Source of the DNA: Spirochaetia bacterium
GTDB lineage: Bacteria; Spirochaetota; Spirochaetia; CADAEX01
Length of the DNA: 24,764 bases
Assembly: GCA_045606105.1 (NCBI GenBank)
Contig: JAZURI010000006.1
Coordinates: 1 to 24,764, forward strand
Reading direction: 5' to 3'
Program-made: the position numbers and the translations under genes
Part shown: in pieces, positions 8,869-15,619 of the stretch
Layout of the letters: every line of letters starts with the position of its first letter
Numbering within the stretch: position 1 is the first letter of the stretch
Notes under the pieces: generated by a model
The model's database searches: none
What the model saw: the letters and a program-made list of their open reading frames with translations, nothing else
What the model was told of the DNA's origin: nothing

Positions 8869-9844
8869 AAAAATACCGAAGCTGCTTCTGTTGCTGGTGC
8901 TGATTATGTCAGTCGTTTCCTGCGGCGGCAAGGAGAAAGCCAAGTCGGCAAGCAGGCACTCAAAGGAAAGTCTTCCTATAAAGTCCTCCTATCTCAGAAG
9001 TACCTTCTATACAGCCGGAATAGCATTGGCTACCCTTATCAATTCGGAAACCGACTTTATCGCCATGAACATGTCTTCAGCCATCAGCGAGAACCAGAAG
9101 GTGGAATCCCTGGGGGACGGCAGTGCAAAGCTCTGTTTTCTTTCGGGTCCTGAGGCCTATATGGCATTCAACGGACATCCCGATTACTGGGAGCGTCCCC
9201 AGAACATAAGCGCACTTTTCGGTTTCTGTCCTACTCAGTACAGCATAATCGTAAAGTCTGCCGGAATAAAGAAGCTGGAGGATCTGGCCGGAAAAAGGAT
9301 AGCCATCAACTCCGACAAGACAGTTACGGGAGACCTGTTCCAGTATCTTCTGGAGCTGAACGGAATAAACAGCCGTAATTCAGCGATTTTCAGGGTCCGG
9401 GAGCCTATCGGGGAAAGCATGTTTTTCAGGGGCGATGTGGATGCCATCTGGTACGGCATGGGGCAGGGGCATTCTGTTTTCAAGGATTATCTCAGCTACA
9501 AGACCAACATGATCCCTTTCAGGCTGATTTCCTGCGGACAGGAAAACAGGCTCAGGGAATTTCTTACGGTTTATCCGGTCTTTTATACAGATCCGCTCCG
9601 GGTGGACGACAACATATCATCGGAAAGCTCGCTGACCTCCTTTTCATGTCTTGCATCAACCGATTCCCTGAGCAGCGATACGGCATACCTTGTTACCAGG
9701 ATATGGTTTGAGAACAACGATTTTATCAGGCAGTTTCTGGATTTCTATACCTATGATAGGGCACTTGAGGATGCACTGAAGCTCCCGATACCGATGCACC
9801 AGGGAGCCATGAGATATTTTAAGGAAATAAATCTTATCAAGTAA
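8861..9844 (+). CDS. TAXI family solute-binding lipoprotein (divergent)
   Basis: Lipobox VVSC; SAISEN, YMAFNG, IKKLEDLAGKRIAI, GDVDA and the C-terminal IPMHQGAMRYFKE typical of TAXI receptors. Confidence 0.82.
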   Translation: MFRKIPKLLLLLVLIMSVVSCGGKEKAKSASRHSKESLPIKSSYLRSTFYTAGIALATLINSETDFIAMNMSSAISENQKVESLGDGSAKLCFLSGPEAYMAFNGHPDYWERPQNISALFGFCPTQYSIIVKSAGIKKLEDLAGKRIAINSDKTVTGDLFQYLLELNGINSRNSAIFRVREPIGESMFFRGDVDAIWYGMGQGHSVFKDYLSYKTNMIPFRLISCGQENRLREFLTVYPVFYTDPLRVDDNISSESSLTSFSCLASTDSLSSDTAYLVTRIWFENNDFIRQFLDFYTYDRALEDALKLPIPMHQGAMRYFKEINLIK

Positions 9845-10016
9845 TCTTTACAAAAAGATTGCACTTGCAGATTCCGTCCTTGATAAACTCGTCGCAAGGG
9901 CAGAGTGTGGATTCATCCTTGTTGAGGCGGCATGGACAGTGTCCCTCTTTCTTTTCAATGCCGGTTATGATCATATCCACATATTTTCTGTCCGGATTAA
10001 GTCTGTATCCCTGCAT
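9837..10016 (-). CDS. Minimal ferredoxin:thioredoxin reductase catalytic (beta) subunit-like protein, 59 aa, absent from the ORF track
   Basis: Manual translation MQGYRLNPDRKYVDMIITGIEKKEGHCPCRLNKDESTLCPCDEFIKDGICKCNLFVKIT*; LNPD, CPC-x9-CPC-x8-CKC-xLF; ATG overlaps the thioredoxin stop (TAATG). Confidence 0.87.
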   Translation of the reverse strand: MQGYRLNPDRKYVDMIITGIEKKEGHCPCRLNKDESTLCPCDEFIKDGICKCNLFVKIT

Positions 10017-10327
10017 TATTTCAACTCCTCAACTTTTTTCTTGAGGGTGGCAAAGTCAAAATATCCTTCTGTTCTGGACAATGCCTTCTTGTTCTTGAAA
10101 AAAATAAGGGTCGGAACTGCAGAAATATTGAATTTCAATGCCAGTTCGGGACAAGCGTCTGTATCAACCTTGATGATATCCAGATGCTCTTCCTTGCTTA
10201 ATTTTTCCAATACAGGAGAAAGCTGTGTGCAAGGTCCGCACCAGGTTGCAAAAAAGTCCACGAGTACCAGAGAGTCTGCTCTGTCCATCATTTCTTCAAA
10301 TCTTTCATCAGAAGCGTAAGCAATCAT
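10016..10327 (-). CDS. trxA: Thioredoxin
   Basis: VLVDFFATWCGPC active site, cis-Pro segment AVPTLIFFKN; SD AAGGAG. Confidence 0.93.
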   Translation of the reverse strand: MIAYASDERFEEMMDRADSLVLVDFFATWCGPCTQLSPVLEKLSKEEHLDIIKVDTDACPELALKFNISAVPTLIFFKNKKALSRTEGYFDFATLKKKVEELK

Positions 10328-10395
10328 TTTCTTCTCCTTTATTTAAATATAACAAGTTAAATTTCATTTGTGAAGTGTTAATTCAATTTATTCTA

Positions 10396-10424
10396 TTGAC
10401 AAAGGGTATGACTATCTATAAAAT
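10396..10424 (+). promoter_or_regulatory. sigma70 promoter of the tRNA cluster
   Basis: TTGACA-17-TAAAAT with an AT-rich upstream region, 12 nt before tRNA-Ser. Confidence 0.8.
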
Positions 10425-10436
10425 TACAGTACTAAT

Positions 10437-10521
10437 GGAGAGGTGGCCGAGCGGTTTAAGGCGGCGGTCTTGAAAACCGTTGATGTGCGAGCATCCGTGG
10501 GTTCGAATCCCACCTTCTCCG
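10437..10521 (+). tRNA. tRNA-Ser(TGA)
   Basis: GGAGAGG/CTTCTCC acceptor, anticodon loop CT-TGA-AA, long variable arm, GTTCGAATC; CCA not encoded. Confidence 0.95.
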
Positions 10522-10535
10522 TTTTTTTTTGGTTT

Positions 10536-10622
10536 GGAGAGATGGCCGAGAGGCCGAAGGCGCTTCCCTGCTAAGGAAGTATACGGGTAACTGTATCGGG
10601 GGTTCAAATCCCCCTCTCTCCG
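10536..10622 (+). tRNA. tRNA-Ser(GCT)
   Basis: GGAGAGA/TCTCTCC acceptor, loop CT-GCT-AA, long variable arm, GTTCAAATC; CCA not encoded. Confidence 0.95.
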
Positions 10623-10632
10623 ACTTTCTTTT

Positions 10633-10706
10633 GTGCCCATAGCTCAGCTGGATAGAGTATCAGATTGCGGATCTGGTGGTCGGAGGTTCGAATCCTCTTG
10701 GGCATA
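10633..10706 (+). tRNA. tRNA-Arg(GCG)
   Basis: GTGCCCA/TGGGCAT acceptor, D-arm AGCTCAGCTGGATAGAGT, stem TCAGA, loop TT-GCG-GA, stem TCTGG, GTTCGAATC. Confidence 0.93.
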
Positions 10707-10753
10707 TTTTTTCCCGATGGCATGGTTTTTTGCTTTACATACAAAAATTTTTC

Positions 10754-10783
10754 TTGACAATTCAAAAAAACACATTTTATTTT
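10754..10783 (+). promoter_or_regulatory. Putative sigma70 promoter of the repeat lipoprotein
   Basis: TTGACA-18-TATTTT. Confidence 0.45.
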
Positions 10784-10800
10784 TAAAAAAAAGAGAAATC

Positions 10801-10837
10801 CTCTCCTCTTGAAAATTTTTTCGGGGGGGGAGGAGAG
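10801..10837 (+). promoter_or_regulatory. 5' leader hairpin pairing with the RBS and containing a G8 tract
   Basis: CTCTCCTC (10801-10808) is the exact complement of GAGGAGAG (10830-10837); G8 at 10823-10830; ATG at 10841. Confidence 0.55.
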
Positions 10838-10840
10838 CCA

Positions 10841-11791
10841 ATGAAAAAGAAATCAACAACATTACTGATTGTTCTCTGCTGCATGATGGCACTGTTCTTT
10901 TCATGTGACAGCGGAGGGAGCGGCGGTTCCGAAGCTGAGGCTATAAAACTGCCGGTAGTGGGAAGCGTAATTCCTGATGGCGCATACTTTGCCAGGTGGA
11001 ACGGAACTGCATACGAGGGTGTTCTTTCAGGCGGAGATCAGTTCCCTGCCACATTCCAGGAAAAAGATATATTCCTGTACAGAGACTATGCTTACAGATA
11101 TGGCCTTGATTATGATTATAATATAGTTGCAGACGGCTGGGGTGTAACAGTTGCATATGACGGAGCATATGGAGGTGTGGATGCTGCATCGTTTCCCGGA
11201 TTTGCATTCAAGGATAAATCAACATTTGACAACGCCGGACTTATATGTGAAAGCATAAACGGCAAGAAGATAAAGAGTCTGAATAATTTATTTTATGGTT
11301 GTGTGGCTCTTAAAAACTTTGTCGATGATTTTGCGGTTCCGGCAGGTGTTACAGATTTGTATGATATGTTCGAAGAATGTAGTTCGTTGGAAACCCTTCC
11401 TGCCGATTTCAGGATACCTGCCGGTGTGACAGATGTGGGCTGTATGTTCCATGAATGTAGCTCGTTGGAAACCCTTCCTGCCGGCTTCACCGTACCGGAT
11501 AGTGTTACAGAAATGTATAGAATGTTCTATGGTTGTACCTCTCTGGTCTCCCTTCCTGCCGGCTTCACCGTACCGGATAGTGTTGCAAGAATGTTTGATA
11601 TGTTCAATGGTTGTACCTCTCTTTCCGGAACAATTACCATAAATACCAATCCGACATCTTTTGCCAGATGTTTCGAGAACGCGGGAAAAGATACGACAGA
11701 CGGAATCGTTCTGAAAGGTTCATCAACCAAGCTTGATGCTCTGGCTGATACAAAAGGAGCCGGCGGTAAAGTCACCGTAGCAGCTCCGTAA
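10841..11791 (+). CDS. Surface lipoprotein with 26-aa DUF285/BspA-like leucine-rich repeats
   Basis: MKKK plus hydrophobic stretch plus LFFSC lipobox, Gly/Ser linker; repeats of type VT.M..MF..C.SL..LP..F.VP. Confidence 0.82.
   Translation: MKKKSTTLLIVLCCMMALFFSCDSGGSGGSEAEAIKLPVVGSVIPDGAYFARWNGTAYEGVLSGGDQFPATFQEKDIFLYRDYAYRYGLDYDYNIVADGWGVTVAYDGAYGGVDAASFPGFAFKDKSTFDNAGLICESINGKKIKSLNNLFYGCVALKNFVDDFAVPAGVTDLYDMFEECSSLETLPADFRIPAGVTDVGCMFHECSSLETLPAGFTVPDSVTEMYRMFYGCTSLVSLPAGFTVPDSVARMFDMFNGCTSLSGTITINTNPTSFARCFENAGKDTTDGIVLKGSSTKLDALADTKGAGGKVTVAAP
11336..11622 (+). repeat. Intragenic 78-bp tandem repeat (about 3.7 units; boundaries approximate)
   Basis: Identical 35-mer CCCTTCCTGCCGGCTTCACCGTACCGGATAGTGTT at 11472 and 11550; GAATGTAGyTCGTTGGAAACCCTTCCTGCCG at 11375 and 11453. 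Confidence 0.88.
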
Positions 11792-11795
11792 CTGT

Positions 11796-11824
11796 AAAAA
11801 AGCTCCGGAAATCCGGAGCTTTTT
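11796..11824. terminator. Bidirectional intrinsic terminator
   Basis: AAAAAAGCTCCGGA-aa-TCCGGAGCTTTTT between convergent genes. Confidence 0.9.
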
Positions 11825-11841
11825 GTTTATTATATTTCAGG

Positions 11842-12528
11842 TTATTTACAGATAAGGGTGCCGAGATAAGGCTTGTCTGTAAGGATATTTTCCAGGTTTT
11901 CGATATTTTTTCCGTCTGCAACTATTACATCCAGTCCCAGATCGGCTGCCTTTCCGGCGGCGATAGGATCAAACGGTACATTTTTTCCCGGAACCCATTC
12001 GGTGCCTACGATTTTTCTGAAATCCTCCCACTTGATTTCATCCAGCGGTACTGCATCCGGATTCAGTTTAGGATCGTCTGAGAAAACCTTTGCAATATTT
12101 GAAAGGTTTACTACTGTTTTTCCGCCGAACCGTTCTGCAAGATAAACTGCATCAAAATCGGTTGAGAATCCCGGCTTCCAGCCTGCTCCCACCAATATTC
12201 TTCCTGTAAATTCGATATCTGCGGATGGGTCTGTCACCACAGGATCAAGACAAAGCTCTCCGAAAATGGATTTTACCAGCTGTGCGTTCAGTCTTGTGGC
12301 TGTAATTCCGATCCAGTCCTGTACATCTGCCGGAGCATTGCTTTCGATTTCCCTGAATGCCTTCTGGTAAACACGGGCCGGAGCTCCTCCGCCGATAACC
12401 AGGATAAGTCTTCTTTTCTCATCCTCTGCAAGATATTTTTCCACAAGAGCCTTGAATCTCTTCAGAAATTCTGTGTCCACTCCGTCCGGAGCAACTATTG
12501 ATCCACCTAATGATAATATTTTCAACAT
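11842..12528 (-). CDS. pyrH: UMP kinase, archaeal/spirochaetal type
   Basis: ILSLGGSIV, VIGGG..ARVYQ, DWIGITATRLNA, GWKPGFSTDFDAV, DPK, PFDPIA. Confidence 0.93.
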   Translation of the reverse strand: MLKILSLGGSIVAPDGVDTEFLKRFKALVEKYLAEDEKRRLILVIGGGAPARVYQKAFREIESNAPADVQDWIGITATRLNAQLVKSIFGELCLDPVVTDPSADIEFTGRILVGAGWKPGFSTDFDAVYLAERFGGKTVVNLSNIAKVFSDDPKLNPDAVPLDEIKWEDFRKIVGTEWVPGKNVPFDPIAAGKAADLGLDVIVADGKNIENLENILTDKPYLGTLICK

Positions 12529-12534
12529 GGCTAA

Positions 12535-12563
12535 ACTATAAAACGATTTCCTTTTTATTTCAA
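12535..12563 (-). promoter_or_regulatory. Putative sigma70 promoter, leaderless pyrH
   Basis: TTGAAA-17-TATAGT, 6 nt, then ATG. Confidence 0.68.
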
Positions 12564-13417
12564 TATTTTCTGTGACGAACCTTAACCATCATGTCCAGCT
12601 TTACCGAATATGGGAAGGTATCCTTGATTTCCCTCATGGCTGCCTTCCTGATCTTTCCGATAAGCTCACCCCCTTTTCCTATAAGAATGCGCTTCTGGCT
12701 TTCGGTATTCACGGTCAGAAATGCCCGTACCCACAGCCTTTCCATTCCGTTTTCCTCCTGCATTTCCATATCTGCAATCTCTACCGCTATGCAGTGGGGA
12801 ATTTCATCCTGGGTCCTGTTGATTACCTTTTCCCTGATAATCTCACTGATTCTGAAATCCACCTCCTGATCGGTGTAGTATTCCTCAGGATACATCATCG
12901 GACCCTCAGGAGAGGCCTCGAACAATGCGGCGATAAGCTCCTTTACCCCATCCTCGGTTCTGGCCGATACATTGAATATCTTCTCCGGGGATATTTCAAA
13001 CCGTTCCGCAAACCAGCTCTTCCTTTCCCTGGCTGTCTCTTCATCTGCCATATCACTCTTGTTCAGTGCCACGATAATGTTCTGTCCGCTTTCCTTGATG
13101 ATTTTGGTCAGAGTCTCCTCTTCCTTGCCCGGTTCTCTGGTCAGGTCTGTCACATAGAGTATGAAGTCTGATTCCTCCAGTGCCGAAAACATCACATCCT
13201 GAAGCTCCACGTTGGATTTCTTCTCGCTGACATAATAGCCCGGTGTGTCCAGGAATACCAGCTGTCCCTCATCGGAGGTCATGATTCCGCGGATCTTGTT
13301 CTTGGTGGTCTGGGGGGTTCTGGATACAATGGAAACCTTGTACCCGCACATTGTGTTGATTAAGGTTGACTTGCCTGCAGATGGTCTGCCGGTTACCGAT
13401 ATAAATGCTGATTTCAT
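12560..13417 (-). CDS. era: GTPase Era
   Basis: GRPSAGKSTL, PQTT, DTPG, NKSD, YPEEYYTDQ, EIIREK, KH domain ILIGKGG. Confidence 0.96.
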   Translation of the reverse strand: MKSAFISVTGRPSAGKSTLINTMCGYKVSIVSRTPQTTKNKIRGIMTSDEGQLVFLDTPGYYVSEKKSNVELQDVMFSALEESDFILYVTDLTREPGKEEETLTKIIKESGQNIIVALNKSDMADEETARERKSWFAERFEISPEKIFNVSARTEDGVKELIAALFEASPEGPMMYPEEYYTDQEVDFRISEIIREKVINRTQDEIPHCIAVEIADMEMQEENGMERLWVRAFLTVNTESQKRILIGKGGELIGKIRKAAMREIKDTFPYSVKLDMMVKVRHRKY

Positions 13418-13424
13418 TGATTAC

Positions 13425-13453
13425 AGAGTATTGGGAATCGGCAAAAAAAGCAA
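13425..13453 (-). promoter_or_regulatory. Putative sigma70 promoter, leaderless era
   Basis: TTGCTT-17-TACTCT, 7 nt, then ATG; no SD. Confidence 0.6.
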
Positions 13454-13478
13454 GAGGCCGCCTCTTCGGGCAGCCTCT
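13443..13478 (-). terminator. Intrinsic terminator downstream of hsp20
   Basis: Minus strand AGAGGCTGCC-cgaaga-GGCGGCCTCT then tgcTTTTTTT. Confidence 0.75.
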
Positions 13479-13509
13479 GAGCTAAATATTAAGGAGAGAA
13501 AAACTGTTT

Positions 13510-13917
13510 TTAATTGATCTTGATTGTCTTAGGCATCACCTTTTCCTTTTTAGGTACCTCAAGCCTGAGAAGTCCGTTGGTGAAGGTAGCCTTGATTCCT
13601 TCGGCATTGATATCCTCCGGAAGTGTGAAGCTTCTGGAAAATTTCTCGTGTCTTTCGCTCATGATGTAGTGGGTCTTGTCATCCTTTTCCTCAACCTTCT
13701 TCTCTGCATTGAATGTAAGATGATTCTTGTCAATCTTTACCTCAAGCTCTTCCTGTGTGAACCCCGGAAATTCTGTCTCGAAAATATACTCCGAAGCAGT
13801 TTCTTTAATATCTGTGAGCGGAACTCTGATTCTGCCTGTTGCAGTCTTCGCAATTTCCGGTGCAAAAAATTCGTCAAAAAATCTGTTAATTGGTCTTAAT
13901 GATACTAATTCTGTCAT
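13510..13917 (-). CDS. Small heat shock protein Hsp20/alpha-crystallin family (start revised to ATG 13917)
   Basis: PLTDIKET...EFPGF...FSRSFTLPEDI...ATFTNGLLRLEVPK; SD GGAGG at 13927-13931. Confidence 0.94.
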   Translation of the reverse strand: MTELVSLRPINRFFDEFFAPEIAKTATGRIRVPLTDIKETASEYIFETEFPGFTQEELEVKIDKNHLTFNAEKKVEEKDDKTHYIMSERHEKFSRSFTLPEDINAEGIKATFTNGLLRLEVPKKEKVMPKTIKIN

Positions 13918-13942
13918 AATTTTTATCCTCCGATAATAGTTA

Positions 13943-13959
13943 TGCAAGTGCTGTGCCAA
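13943..13959 (-). promoter_or_regulatory. sigma54 (RpoN) -24/-12 promoter of hsp20
   Basis: TTGGCACAGCACTTGCA matches TGGCAC-N5-TTGCA exactly. Confidence 0.85.
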
Positions 13960-14046
13960 CTTTTTGATAAAATTTATAAAGCTTTATATTGTAAAGAGAT
14001 AAAGCGATAATGACACTGTAGTGTGACTGAGGCTTCAGAAAGGTGA

Positions 14047-14106
14047 TTTGAGTCATAATGAAACAATGGTAAAAATGATACTCGCAGTGTTTCAAAATGA
14101 CTCAAA
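14047..14106. promoter_or_regulatory. Paired inverted sites, candidate upstream activator sequences for a sigma54 enhancer-binding protein
   Basis: TTTGAGTCATAATGAAACA (14047-14065) and TGTTTCAAAATGACTCAAA (14088-14106) match 17/19 as an inverted repeat; each is internally quasi-palindromic (TCA-N3-TGA). Confidence 0.6.
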
Positions 14107-14116
14107 TGGATGGGCC

Positions 14117-15619
14117 TTATTTTTTATGTGTGTACCTTTCGGTGGTTCCGAAGGCGCTGAGCTTTCCGTCCCTGATCAGCGATACTGCCCCGTGACCGCA
14201 GCATATATAGAAAGGCTTTGTACTTTTTTCTGTAAAGTCGGCAGCTATGGCCATCAGGTCCTTCCGTTCCTTTCTGGCCAGGTCGCTGTCCACATTCACC
14301 GATGTCATGAACAGGTCTGCCAGCTGGTTGTACCTGGTTCTTTCCGGGGATATGCTCTTCAGGTTAAGGGCACTGTCCACGGTAAAGAAAAGTCCCGCTT
14401 CCGGCTCCAGGAGAAATACCTGTCCGTACTGATGTCCGCCGTGGCTTTCCAGAACATGGAAGGTGAGTCCGCAGGCCTCCAGCTTGCCGTAAACCGGGAA
14501 GGCACCGATTTTTCCGGCTTCACATTCCGGCTTGTCAAAAGGAAGATTTCTTGTGGGTGGAAGCCATTTTGAGAAGGTTCCGATCATTTTTGTATAGATC
14601 TTTTCCAGGTCTGATGCTTCGGTTACCGATTTATAGGCTCTGTTTCCGTTTCTGATCAGGTCTATGGTTCCGGGATGGGAATATGGTGTAATGCCCAGAT
14701 ATCCGGTTCCTCCGCAGTGGTCTGCATCACCGTGGGAAACAAAAAGTCTCTTGGTCTTGCCGTTCTGCCAGAGGCCGAAGCTTTCCAGCATCTTCATTAT
14801 ATCCTCGTGATAGATTCCGTAGCCGGTGTCTATCATAAGGGCCTCAGTTTCCGATTCCAGGATATAGACATTTCCTCCGCACGGAAACTGGAAACAGTAA
14901 AGCTCTGTTCCCGGCTTTACGGTGATTTTCTGGTAGTCGGCATAGAAGCCGTCGCCGGTGGTCCTGTCCAGGATTTCCCCGTTTTCATAGATTTTCATGA
15001 AGATATCTTCCGGATCGTATCCCAGTTTTTTAAGCTCAAAGGCTATGTTGTTGATATCGGCCAGGAAGGAGAGGACGAAATGGTCTCCCGGATCGTGGGT
15101 GAATTTTCTGATTCTGTTGGCATAGGAGATGAAAAAGACCCGATTGTCCAGATCCTCGTTGTTCGGAGTGTATTCCACAATATCGATGACATATCTTTCC
15201 TTGAGGCAGTCGAGAAAAGCCATTACGCTCTGGCTTTCGATGGCATTGAGCATGAGAACCAGGATATTCTTTTTCTGCTCGTCGTGGTTGTCAAATTCCA
15301 TGAGAGTGATTACCGCCCCGGCATCATCGGCCATGGTAAGGACTTCGGATACTGCCCTGACACGGTCCGGCAGTGTGATCTTTATCTTTATGAAAAGAGG
15401 TTCTGTGATGGTTGAGACAAGATGACCCGATTTTTCCAGCTCCTGCTCCAGCTCCCGGCTGCTGCCTGAGATTTCAAAAAAGGCGATACTGCTGTCCAGA
15501 CGGCTGTTGTACAGAACTTTTTCAAGAAGGGCATTATGCCTGTTGATGACGGCAACTATGCTGCGTATCTGTGAGCTGTCCTTGATTCTGGCGGCAAAAG
15601 AAAAATTATCGGTTTTCAT
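14117..15619 (-). CDS. Metallo-beta-lactamase-fold hydrolase with N-terminal ACT-like domains
   Basis: MIDTGYG, SHGDADHCGG, GGH, CGHG motifs; ACT-like ITLPDRVRAVSEVLTMADDAGAVITLMEFD; overlaps the metH end by 14 nt. Confidence 0.8.
   Translation of the reverse strand: MKTDNFSFAARIKDSSQIRSIVAVINRHNALLEKVLYNSRLDSSIAFFEISGSSRELEQELEKSGHLVSTITEPLFIKIKITLPDRVRAVSEVLTMADDAGAVITLMEFDNHDEQKKNILVLMLNAIESQSVMAFLDCLKERYVIDIVEYTPNNEDLDNRVFFISYANRIRKFTHDPGDHFVLSFLADINNIAFELKKLGYDPEDIFMKIYENGEILDRTTGDGFYADYQKITVKPGTELYCFQFPCGGNVYILESETEALMIDTGYGIYHEDIMKMLESFGLWQNGKTKRLFVSHGDADHCGGTGYLGITPYSHPGTIDLIRNGNRAYKSVTEASDLEKIYTKMIGTFSKWLPPTRNLPFDKPECEAGKIGAFPVYGKLEACGLTFHVLESHGGHQYGQVFLLEPEAGLFFTVDSALNLKSISPERTRYNQLADLFMTSVNVDSDLARKERKDLMAIAADFTEKSTKPFYICCGHGAVSLIRDGKLSAFGTTERYTHKK

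Noticed and set aside
9859-10044. 61-aa plus-strand ORF filling the TAXI-trx gap
   Set aside because: The opposite strand carries the motif-rich 59-aa FTR-like gene coupled to trxA
10416-10904. Minus-strand ORFs of 74 and 86 aa
   Set aside because: Antisense translations of the tRNA genes (GDLNPR and EDSNLRP are T-loop artefacts)
11336-11622. CRISPR array or DGR variable repeat
   Set aside because: Repeats are in-frame 78-bp coding units without spacers; no cas gene or reverse transcriptase, and differences are not adenine-specific
10706-11830. tRNA-anchored integrated element
   Set aside because: No integrase and no duplicated tRNA 3' end (att site) seen downstream
13918-13959. N-terminal extension of Hsp20 in the ORF track (TTG start)
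   Set aside because: The TTG is part of the sigma54 -24 element; the SD supports ATG 13917
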